From a virus: a stretch of DNA of 64,000 bases. How positions within the stretch are numbered: the first letter of the stretch is position 1; every line of letters begins with the position of its first letter. The notes under the pieces were generated by a model. That model did not search any database and was not told the origin of the DNA. It worked only from the letters and a program-made list of their open reading frames with translations. The DNA is taken from IMG/VR virus record IMGVR_UViG_3300028025_004808, positions 6,179-70,178 of that record; one strand, 5' to 3'. Below, piece by piece: positions 26,601 through 34,482 of the stretch. Position numbers and translations under genes: made by a program.

Positions 26601-29498
26601 GTCTTTGGTAATTTTCTTTCTTGGCGTTTTTCCAGATGAAGCAAGTCCTGGATTTACACGAGCAAGACCTTCACTCTCTTCAAGAATTCTGCGAGCATCT
26701 TCTCTTGAAACAACACCAGTAATTTCTCCACTTTCAAGACCTTCTGCTATTCCTTCATTAATTACGGTGTTTAGTTCGTCTAATTCATCCTGACTAATAT
26801 CGCCTTGCTCAACGTTGCGTCCGCCGTTAGGTACGCCTGTTAGTTGTTCAATTTCTTCGTCTGACAAACCAAATTCTCTTAATTTTTCAAATACAGCATT
26901 ATCGCGTTCTGCTCTCATATTGCGTGCTTCGGTAGCATCAACATTTCCCCGTTCATCTCTTTGTATGCCCGTAGGTCTTACAATTCGATTATTGCCACTG
27001 CCGCTATTAGAAGCAAAAACACGAATGTTTTCTTTTTCAATTTTGCCTCTATCTGCTCTGTATTTAGAATCTCTACGAGTCATATTTAGGTAGTCAATTA
27101 AATCGCCACCAGTGATTTTTTCATCACCAAATTCTTTAGCAAGAGAGACGATTAAGGGGTTTGCACCGTCTTTTGACGCGCCTTCGCGCAATGCATCAGC
27201 AAGTTCATTTACTAATTCTTCAGGCTCAATTGACGGGTCGTTTTCTATAATTCCATCAATTGCTTTTTCTAATTCGTAATTAAAATCTTCAAGAGACATT
27301 TTCCCATCAATAATTTTTTCAGAATCGCTACGTAATAGGTTTACGCCATCCTGTAAACGCAATGTTTCTTCAAGGTCTTCTGGTTCTCCGCCTTCTCTTA
27401 GCGATGTCATCAAAAGTTGTCTGTCTAATCTTGCTGATTCTTTTGCTTCTTCTATTGTTCTGTAAGAATCAGGTTCACGTCTTTTCTCCCAAAAAGACTT
27501 AGAACGAGAAGTTAATTGTTTAAAAACGTCATCAAGGTCATTGCTTGCGTTATCTACAATTTCTTTAATTTCTTCTATTTCACTGTCGGTTCCTGTTTTT
27601 TTAACAGAGTCAACATGCAGGTCAAGCATTTTCTGAATGGAAAATGCCATGTCATCCATAAAATCTTCAATTTTTTCTTGTGAAGAAAATTGTTCAATAA
27701 TTTTTTCGTCAGAAAGCATTTCCGCTAATCGTTTTCTTGCATTAGATACAGACTTACCAACACTGTCTTTAAGTTTTTCATCAGTAAGGTTTGTTAATAC
27801 TTCTTTTGCCCCATCAATAATTTTTGAAGAGTCTCCCTTGCGCCCTACGGCAGACGCTGCAGCGTCTTCCATGCGTTTAACTAAAGATTTTGGCAATTCG
27901 TTTTTTGAAACAACTTCTCCGCTTACGGATTGTGCTGCTGGGACAACGCCTGATTGACTGGCAAATCCCTCTGTTGCTCTTCTTTTGTTTACTTTTCCTC
28001 TGGTTGAAAAGTCATTAACACCAGGAATTGCAGGGCGTTGGAAGGGCGTTCCTTCCTGAACGATTCCGTCATTATCTCCGTCCCATGCGTTCGGGTCGAA
28101 GTTTGCGGAAGCAGCCCTACCGGCTGCCCTTACTTTTCCCGGGCTACCACCGATACTTCTACCGATTCCCTTCTGGGCGTTATCTATAGCCTCAACCAGG
28201 TCTTTTGTTATGCCTGACGTAATTAGGATTCCATCTTCTGTAACTACGGATTCAACCCTGTGGTAATCAAAAATTGGGTCAAGCAATGATTTGGTGTTAA
28301 ACGCTTCTTCTAGTTTAACGGGAATCAGATAACTCTTTGTTTCAAGGTCTTCTTTTTCTGCAGAAGAAATTACATCTTGAAGGTTTTCAAGAATTGCTTT
28401 TAATTTTGAAAGATTTTTCTTGTTGATTGTCTTGCCAACTTTTTCATCAATCTCTTCAGCAATTAAATCTTCTAATTGCTCAATCTGAGATGCAAGGTCT
28501 GATTTTTCGTCAGATTTCGGCATAATTTCTCCATAGCCCTGCTGATATCCAGGCTTTACCTGCATTGGCATTGATGGCATCTGTGATGGAACGACAATGC
28601 GTGAACCGCTATTTCCGCTATTAGTTACCTCTGGCTTACCAAACATAAATGTTGAGTAATTGTCTGGAGTGTGATAACCGATTCTATAAACGGTTGGCGC
28701 TCCATTGGGAGAGAACTTCATGAATACAGCAGTACTCTCAGTTGCTTCAATCAATTTAATTTTTGAGTTAGTTCTTTCAGAAATTTCTCTTTCAAGGCGC
28801 TGACGCTGTTCTCCACCAAGTGGGCGAGCCAGGCCTTCAGCAAAAATTGGCTTTTCTGATTCGTAATCGTCGTCATCGTCTTCCCGAATTACAATCATGT
28901 TTGGTTTTTGCGGCATTTGTCCCATCATATGATGAGGACCCATCATGCCCCAGCCTTTTTCTGATTCAGCCAAAGTGATGGCATCGTCAGACTTGACGGA
29001 TATTGTTCCCGTCAATTGATTGGCTCCATGAAGAACTGGAGAGACTTCGTAAAGTTCTACTTCTTTAAGAACATTGGCTTGCATGTTTGGGTCAAAGATT
29101 GCATCAAGAGTCTTATATCCAATTGACCATTCTTGTTCTTGCCCAAAGAAAGCAACATTTGCAAACGCTTCGCGACCCTTTTCGGAGTTCAGGTTGAACT
29201 GAACTCTTGCGTAAAGACCACCAATGCCAGCCTTAAGCATCTTGGACGGAAGCCTTCTATCGCCTGGAGCAACTTCGTAAATCTCTAGAACTTTACCGAT
29301 TGGGTCGTTCCAGTTGTGTCCCCAAACCACTCTTGGCTTGCGTCTTTGAAGGCTTTTTGCAAAAGCGCCAGATATAAGAACATCACCCACGGAGTCTTTA
29401 TTCCCAATGCCAGCAACGAAGCACTCAACAATTCCCTGTGCTTCATCAATATTAAACTGTCCAGGCATGGCCTTGAACTCAATGTTGGTGCTTGCCAT
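23691..29498 (-). CDS. HK97-family prohead protease (N-terminal ~170 aa) fused to ~1750-aa multidomain extension including a PI3/4-kinase/HipA-like domain
   Basis: S78 protease: GNKDSVGDVLISGAF, WGHNWNDPIGK, EWSIGY, LYEVSPVLHGAN. Kinase: YYVK, E.EILTSKLYQLLGVP, NAWLANWD...NI, MADSGGGLIFRAQ. Lies between portal and MCP. Confidence 0.9.
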   Translation of the reverse strand: MASTNIEFKAMPGQFNIDEAQGIVECFVAGIGNKDSVGDVLISGAFAKSLQRRKPRVVWGHNWNDPIGKVLEIYEVAPGDRRLPSKMLKAGIGGLYARVQFNLNSEKGREAFANVAFFGQEQEWSIGYKTLDAIFDPNMQANVLKEVELYEVSPVLHGANQLTGTISVKSDDAITLAESEKGWGMMGPHHMMGQMPQKPNMIVIREDDDDDYESEKPIFAEGLARPLGGEQRQRLEREISERTNSKIKLIEATESTAVFMKFSPNGAPTVYRIGYHTPDNYSTFMFGKPEVTNSGNSGSRIVVPSQMPSMPMQVKPGYQQGYGEIMPKSDEKSDLASQIEQLEDLIAEEIDEKVGKTINKKNLSKLKAILENLQDVISSAEKEDLETKSYLIPVKLEEAFNTKSLLDPIFDYHRVESVVTEDGILITSGITKDLVEAIDNAQKGIGRSIGGSPGKVRAAGRAASANFDPNAWDGDNDGIVQEGTPFQRPAIPGVNDFSTRGKVNKRRATEGFASQSGVVPAAQSVSGEVVSKNELPKSLVKRMEDAAASAVGRKGDSSKIIDGAKEVLTNLTDEKLKDSVGKSVSNARKRLAEMLSDEKIIEQFSSQEKIEDFMDDMAFSIQKMLDLHVDSVKKTGTDSEIEEIKEIVDNASNDLDDVFKQLTSRSKSFWEKRREPDSYRTIEEAKESARLDRQLLMTSLREGGEPEDLEETLRLQDGVNLLRSDSEKIIDGKMSLEDFNYELEKAIDGIIENDPSIEPEELVNELADALREGASKDGANPLIVSLAKEFGDEKITGGDLIDYLNMTRRDSKYRADRGKIEKENIRVFASNSGSGNNRIVRPTGIQRDERGNVDATEARNMRAERDNAVFEKLREFGLSDEEIEQLTGVPNGGRNVEQGDISQDELDELNTVINEGIAEGLESGEITGVVSREDARRILEESEGLARVNPGLASSGKTPRKKITKDGTVTPQKNLSITLDDDTIGVLNEEVGMLLDNTKNRQPLLAMKKILEESKGGKFEVTPQQFDDIAAAIEDSFDNGVVSSDIYGVLHQAAESLDGKYDINEIANPKKSKGFASSGKRANNGAPTDMTELQQRQYVAWARQQKGLRVAQEIIREHDSNSGQMSASRWKALRTMYSNMGPGSGGPRRFASNTSQPTAGFRDALTFGAGPLPYVHTTTGWKKVGGAGGLNEAGRYMDPKTGKVYYVKHSRSGEEFRGETEILTSKLYQLLGVPTIDYNRGVHNGKLQRVSEWDDRIREVSHSQMSKDSKFKASVQRSLIANAWLANWDGTGNMSNIVQGPNGEAVMADSGGGLIFRAQRYSGLKTNPPFGPKVDEVENLINGVTRSGQPVQTAVSKAYYKDIEPSEVARQVKELSQVTDDDIKKLVSQQISDKEDGDRLAQILIARRDWIVDHWSTGKLVDNPSDTSRSDASGAKAKPFASLTKKPARSVSASRVGFASNIDGPGDDERGGGARRARGVGEMVPGGNLAPGRARREGEKNRAGTEVGAETQFAGKTFDEIKPDNWDELTTDEKFQWALTQGNPDSGSEMSRVAYRKLLADLGDQMDKEELAEMSPAARRAELAARREEQRTIERMGVPREPTEGAAAKPKRETSSEPKAPKIKKSSNAQDAKTERESRLDKFLEAIDASSSRIDSSDSEINEHRDLWDEVTTSLQENGYDFTIRSLDRTIEVLDDYVSAFEDEQLTPDERANLAAARKILKTLLGTRTAYSEDEWIIGGKKPSSSQINFASATGGTSKKFNINLAQDIQKDLKKLNGTGKPGTRGFASTSAGGKTMITDEATFFKDVQSSLDKEIKRATKDGDKRAIAGLRKLSELISRDEAGKTGSRRTNVGSIYFTAEEADQILDGLMFALDTQLADGGEKRIAWYSKLIEMVAGAAKSTFIDKKTNAITDTTRTATNSRGQSRTINIVPEA

Positions 29499-29525
29499 GT
29501 CTTCTCCCTAAGGCTTAGTAAAAAG

Positions 29526-29560
29526 ATAATAAACCACTAAGTGGTGCTGCCAGTGCAAGT
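29526..29560 (-). promoter_or_regulatory. Putative late promoter: ACTTGCACT-N19-TTATTAT with palindrome ACCACT-A-AGTGGT (29533-29545)
   Basis: Matches the element upstream of MCP in 9-mer sequence and spacing. Confidence 0.55.
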
Positions 29561-29593
29561 TTTGTTTTAGTTTATTTATATTGAATATATAAA

Positions 29594-31627
29594 CTACATC
29601 CTGGAGCCCATTGACCAGGCAATTCTCGCTTCAGTTTCTGCAATTTCGTTTCTCTTCTTCGCTATCAAGTTGGTAAATATCCCTACAAGTGAAGTTCTAA
29701 GAGCAGTAGACCTGTCGTCACCATCAGAGATATTAAGCGTTCCGAGGATTGCGTTAGTTATTTGTTCTGATGTTTCGTCATTTATAGATTTAATTCTTGC
29801 TATCTGAGAATTTACTTGCGTAACAACATCTGCGCTTGTTATCGGAGTTTTGATTAGTGATTTTTCAGCAAATATTGTTTGCGAATCAGCAATGATGGCG
29901 TTCAGCACTGGCTTGATGTCTTCTTCAATCTGTTTAGACCATATGTCTGATTGGAAGATGCTTTCAGTGTCAAGGAATCCAGTAATGAGTTGCTTTCTGG
30001 CTTTTACACCTGCTGCTTTTTCAAGAACGACTCTCTGCTGTCTTTCAAAAATTCGCTCAAGACTTCTGTCAAGAATTTCTGTCCACCTAGTGAGCGTTAT
30101 CTCTTCTTTGTCATCTGCAGATTTTGTCTGAATTCCGCCCTTTGGAGCAGATGCCTGCTGTGGTGCCATTTCTGCTGGCGCAGCCTCTGCTGGTGCCATT
30201 CCTGCGCCTTCTGCCATTCCTTGACCCTGTGCAGCAAGTTCCATTGCCCCTTGCATTGTCGTTGGGTCTGGTGGAGCACCTTCTGCACCTGGCATGGCTC
30301 CTGGTGGCATCCCAGGCATTCCAGGCGCTCCTGGTGGCATTCCAGCACTTCCTGGAGGTCCTGCGACACCAGCCTGAGGAGGCTGTTCCATCTTCTTCTT
30401 GGTGTTTGCGATTGGTGTCAAGTTTGGGTTGAGAAGAAGTGAGTCAGCCAAATCGCTTTCAACTTCTTTTCTTCCGATTTTTTCTCGGTATTCATTGAGA
30501 CTGATTAGTCCTTGTGTGAACTCTTCTTTGGTGTATCTATTTCTTTCCTGCTCATACAAAATCAAAACAGGAACATTGGATACATCAAAATCAACGTAAT
30601 ACTCATCATCAAGTTCATCTAACGCTCTAGCGATTGGCTCCAAGTGTGGAAGCATTGTCTCGTTCCAGAAGACTCTGATTTCTTCTCCAGCGTTGGAGAA
30701 AGTACGACCAGAAGCATTGCCGATTACTGACTCTGGAACACCAAAAGAAGCAAGGATTTCTTCTTTTGTGATTTGACGCATCTGAATGTAAGCAGCGTCT
30801 CTAGGGTTCGCCGATGTATCAACAAAATCTGCTCCATCATCTGAGGAGATAACAGTTGTTGCACCAACGCGAGAAAGGTTTCCTCTAAATCTGTTTCTTA
30901 ACTCTTCTTTGTCGTCATCATCTACTTCGCCACGAAGAACAAGAAGACCGCCAGGTCTGCCGTCATTAATCAGGTAGTTGCGGTTATAGACCTTTGCCAA
31001 GTTCTCAATTTCAATTGCGATACCAGCAGCCTCAAGTGGAGTCATAGACAAGTACGGGTCAAGCGGATGAGGTTTTCTAATCCAGATGACATCCTTTGGT
31101 CTCATATTGATGACAGCGCCATTTGGCATTCTTACTTCATATCCAGCAACAAAGTTCTTTGGGTCTGGAATTGGTGCTGTTGATTGTGGCGGAAGAAGGT
31201 TGAGGGCAATGACGCCGCCGTCTTTTCCATATATTTTTTCAATGAAAACGCCTCGTGTACTCATCAACAACTGAGAAGAAAGTCTGTATCGGAAGATAAA
31301 TGAGTTTTCTCCGATATTTGACTTGGTATTAAGGATTTTAAGAATGTCCGAGTTTTTAGCCTTAGAGCCCTTAAGTATCTCGCCTTGCGGTGAGTTATCT
31401 TTTTTAAGGATTATTGGCAGTCTTGCTTGGTTGCCAGCGATTGCGTCAATACATCTAGCCACCCATGTGACCTTCTGCATTCCCTCTTTGTAAACACGCT
31501 CAATATCCCATGAGTCCGTATAGGGGCGACCCACGAAACCGGGAGAGTGAGAAATGGGCGCACCAGGTCCAACAGCCTTTTGCGACTGATTGTTAAGCGA
31601 TTTGTTGTTGTAATTGTTCCAAGCCAT
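29594..31627 (-). CDS. HK97-family portal protein with C-terminal MuF-like extension
   Basis: WVARCIDAIA, YLSMTPLEAA, NDGRPGGLL, EEILASFGVPESVIG, GLISLNEYREKIG. Then a P/G/M/A linker, QTK|S, and a helical domain ending IAETEARIAW. Confidence 0.93.
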   Translation of the reverse strand: MAWNNYNNKSLNNQSQKAVGPGAPISHSPGFVGRPYTDSWDIERVYKEGMQKVTWVARCIDAIAGNQARLPIILKKDNSPQGEILKGSKAKNSDILKILNTKSNIGENSFIFRYRLSSQLLMSTRGVFIEKIYGKDGGVIALNLLPPQSTAPIPDPKNFVAGYEVRMPNGAVINMRPKDVIWIRKPHPLDPYLSMTPLEAAGIAIEIENLAKVYNRNYLINDGRPGGLLVLRGEVDDDDKEELRNRFRGNLSRVGATTVISSDDGADFVDTSANPRDAAYIQMRQITKEEILASFGVPESVIGNASGRTFSNAGEEIRVFWNETMLPHLEPIARALDELDDEYYVDFDVSNVPVLILYEQERNRYTKEEFTQGLISLNEYREKIGRKEVESDLADSLLLNPNLTPIANTKKKMEQPPQAGVAGPPGSAGMPPGAPGMPGMPPGAMPGAEGAPPDPTTMQGAMELAAQGQGMAEGAGMAPAEAAPAEMAPQQASAPKGGIQTKSADDKEEITLTRWTEILDRSLERIFERQQRVVLEKAAGVKARKQLITGFLDTESIFQSDIWSKQIEEDIKPVLNAIIADSQTIFAEKSLIKTPITSADVVTQVNSQIARIKSINDETSEQITNAILGTLNISDGDDRSTALRTSLVGIFTNLIAKKRNEIAETEARIAWSMGSRM

Positions 31628-31629
31628 CT

Positions 31630-31854
31630 TTACTCAATACCTAATAGGAACCCTAGTATCCCGCATGTAACACCCGCCACTATAAAACCAAAGGCGAGCG
31701 AAATTACACCCGCTCCCACACTTGTGAATATAATAAATCCTACCATTAGCGTGTAGGATATAAATGACCTTGTTAACACTCTTCGCATTTTTGCAAAAAA
31801 AGTAATAATACTGTTTACTAGTTTGGAGATTGCGGTGGTGATGAAATTGCTCAT
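31630..31854 (-). CDS. Small membrane protein upstream of portal
   Basis: Two hydrophobic segments. Small TM genes commonly precede portal genes. Alternative start at 31875. Confidence 0.65.
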   Translation of the reverse strand: MSNFITTAISKLVNSIITFFAKMRRVLTRSFISYTLMVGFIIFTSVGAGVISLAFGFIVAGVTCGILGFLLGIE

Positions 31855-31913
31855 ACGACTAACACCGTAGCGCATAAAAAACCTTTATGCCGTAACACCA
31901 TCGTGAGAAAAAA

Positions 31914-33218
31914 ATGACCGACTGGGCAAAAGTTTTAGAATACCTAGAACCTAAGAAGCCTCCGTTTTGCCCTGAAGAGCCATCTTTGACGCAAAAAGTA
32001 TTTCTTAGAACAAATTCAATTGAAGCCTTATTCGGCGGGGCTGCTGGTGGGGGAAAGTCTTCTGCGCTATTGATGTCTGCCCTTCAGTATGTAGATGTAC
32101 CAAACTATTCAGCAATTTTGTTCAGACGCACATATGCCGACTTGGCGCTTCCTGGTGCTTTGATGGACAGATTCAAGTCATGGATGGACGAAATGGACGG
32201 CATTCACTGGAACGCAAACAGTTATGTCGCTACTTTTCCTTCTGGCGCAAGAATCTCGTTCGGGTATCTAAACAACACCAACGACTACCTCAGATACAAG
32301 GGTTCCGAATTCCAGTTCATCGGAATGGACGAAGTTACAGAAATCCGTGAATCCGACTATCGCTACATGTTCTCCCGTTTGCGCCGACCTGCTTCTGGTC
32401 CGCTATCTCAAGTCCCTCTTCGTATGCGTTCGGCCTCTAACCCAGCCCCCAACTGGGTTAGACAAAGATTTATTGTTGAAGGTCTTGAGAAGGGACGCAT
32501 CTTTGTTCCCTCAAAGTTGACGGATAACCCTGGAATTGACGCAGATTCCTACCGTCAAGCCTTGCAAGCCCTTGACCCAATTGAGCGTCGTCGTCTTGAA
32601 GAGGGTGACTGGTGGAGCACAACGCTTGGGACCATGTTTGATAGGGAATCCATAGTTATTATTGATACAGAAGATGTCCCAGTTGTCTCATCTGCGGCAA
32701 GAGCAGTGAGGTTTTGGGACTTGGCTGCAACAGAACCTTCTCCGTCAAACCCTAACCCTGACTGGACCGTAGGTACATTGATGCTGTTTGATGCTGGAAT
32801 TGCCTACATCCTTGATGTCAGAAAAGCCAGAGTGAAGAACGAAAAGGTAGAGCAGTTTATAGCCCAAACAGCCTATGAAGATGGTCATGGAGTCACCATC
32901 AGGATGGAGCAAGAACCAGGCTCGTCTGGCAAGGCTCTCATAGACCAGTACGCCAGATATGTGGTTCCAGGGTATGATTTTGAAGGAATTCGCTCAACTG
33001 GTGACAAAGTGACCAGAGCAAGACCATTTGCTGCCGCTGCAGCGAATGGAAACGTAAGAATCGTAAGAGGACCGTGGCTTACAGAATGGCTAGACGAACT
33101 TTCTTCATTTCCCGAAGCATGCGACCACGATGACCAAGTTGACTCGGCTGTCGGTGCTTTCACATATTTGACTGGTCTAGGGTTGCCACAAAGAAAAATT
33201 GTCAGTATCATCGTCTAG
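31914..33218 (+). CDS. terL: Terminase large subunit
   Basis: Walker A GGAAGGGKS, Walker B FIGMDE, coupling motif SASNP, nuclease WDLAA...DWTVG and FPEACDHDDQVDS. Confidence 0.96.
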   Translation: MTDWAKVLEYLEPKKPPFCPEEPSLTQKVFLRTNSIEALFGGAAGGGKSSALLMSALQYVDVPNYSAILFRRTYADLALPGALMDRFKSWMDEMDGIHWNANSYVATFPSGARISFGYLNNTNDYLRYKGSEFQFIGMDEVTEIRESDYRYMFSRLRRPASGPLSQVPLRMRSASNPAPNWVRQRFIVEGLEKGRIFVPSKLTDNPGIDADSYRQALQALDPIERRRLEEGDWWSTTLGTMFDRESIVIIDTEDVPVVSSAARAVRFWDLAATEPSPSNPNPDWTVGTLMLFDAGIAYILDVRKARVKNEKVEQFIAQTAYEDGHGVTIRMEQEPGSSGKALIDQYARYVVPGYDFEGIRSTGDKVTRARPFAAAAANGNVRIVRGPWLTEWLDELSSFPEACDHDDQVDSAVGAFTYLTGLGLPQRKIVSIIV

Positions 33219-33241
33219 GTATTAACTATTGGAGGTTATAG

Positions 33242-33745
33242 GTGCTAAACCCAGCAGACGTTTCTGCGTTACTAATTAAACTGGACGATTATCTAAATAG
33301 CGAAGAAGTCCAATCTCTACCACTAGACGAAGCCCTCTCTCAACTCGTTGCTCTCAACGATGTCAAAAAGGAACTGGCAGGCATCTACGACTCATATGCG
33401 GCAAAAATGACGCACAGAATGCAGTCGGAAAATTCCACAATCATCACTCTTCGTTCAGGTGAAGAAATCAAATGCATGACTGGAGCCCCACGAAAGAAGT
33501 GGGATAACGAAAACTTAATGTCCACTGTTTACGACAGAATCCATCAGTCGTCCGTTGATATGGATACTGGAGAAGTCAGGTTGTCAGACAAGGAAATTGT
33601 CATTAAACTTCTTGACTACCTGAGCCCTTCTTATTGGCGGGTTAAGGCTTTAAACGACATAGGAATTAACGCTGATATGTATTGCGAAACTGGCGAACCA
33701 AAAACCAATGTCGCGATTTATGGTTCTAAAAAAGGAGATAAGTAA
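33242..33745 (+). CDS. Hypothetical protein of the recombination cluster
   Basis: GGAGG RBS. Translationally coupled to the Rad52/Sak gene. Confidence 0.7.
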   Translation: MLNPADVSALLIKLDDYLNSEEVQSLPLDEALSQLVALNDVKKELAGIYDSYAAKMTHRMQSENSTIITLRSGEEIKCMTGAPRKKWDNENLMSTVYDRIHQSSVDMDTGEVRLSDKEIVIKLLDYLSPSYWRVKALNDIGINADMYCETGEPKTNVAIYGSKKGDK

Positions 33746-34482
33746 TGGCAACTAAAAAGATTGTGACCGAAGAGGTCAGCGAAGAAACGGCAACTACAAC
33801 AGTAACCGACTACCTCGTTGAGCGTAAGAAAACTCAGGACAAGCGCATTGCTCAAATGCAGTCTGAGTTCAATGAGCCATTCCCCAAGGAAGTTGAACGC
33901 CAACTCAAAAAGGGTGGAGCATCGCTCACTTATATCCCTGTCAGTGAAGTAATCAGCCGACTGAATAAAGTTCTCGGTTTTGACGGATGGTCATACGAAA
34001 TCGTCAAGTGCGAGCGTGACTCCCTTGACCCTGACTTTATTATTGCCCATGTGAGAATGACTGTTTACCCCCCTGGTGGCGACAACTTTACAATTGTTTC
34101 TAAAGATGGTTTTGGTGGTCAAAAAATCAAGCGCACCAAAAACGGCGACATTGTTGACCTTGGCGATGAGTTCAAGGGTGCCGTATCCGATGCTCTCAAA
34201 AAGGCTGCTCAGGCACTTGGTGTCGGTCTCTACCTTGCTCGCAGTGAAGAGGCAATGGAGATTGAAGCAGAGGCATCTATTGACCCTGTGATTGAAGAAC
34301 TGTGGGAGCAATTCGTCAGTCTCTCCAAGGGTCTTACATCAGAGATGAAAACAAAACTTAATGAGTTTTGGCTTGGATACGCAGGCGATAGGCCAAAGCC
34401 GACGAAGACAACTGCGCAGAAAGCAGACCTTGAATCACTAATTGAGCAGTGCATTATGTACAGCCTCAATGATGGTCAATAA
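33745..34482 (+). CDS. Rad52/Sak-family single-strand annealing protein
   Basis: LTYIPVSEVISRLNKVLGFDGWSYEI, KGAVSDALKKAAQALGVGLYL. Confidence 0.9.
   Translation: MATKKIVTEEVSEETATTTVTDYLVERKKTQDKRIAQMQSEFNEPFPKEVERQLKKGGASLTYIPVSEVISRLNKVLGFDGWSYEIVKCERDSLDPDFIIAHVRMTVYPPGGDNFTIVSKDGFGGQKIKRTKNGDIVDLGDEFKGAVSDALKKAAQALGVGLYLARSEEAMEIEAEASIDPVIEELWEQFVSLSKGLTSEMKTKLNEFWLGYAGDRPKPTKTTAQKADLESLIEQCIMYSLNDGQ

Noticed and set aside
23691-29498. Intein or stop-codon recoding as explanation for giant ORFs
   Set aside because: No C...HN splice junctions or LAGLIDADG motifs recognised. ORFs are open and tightly tiled in the standard code.
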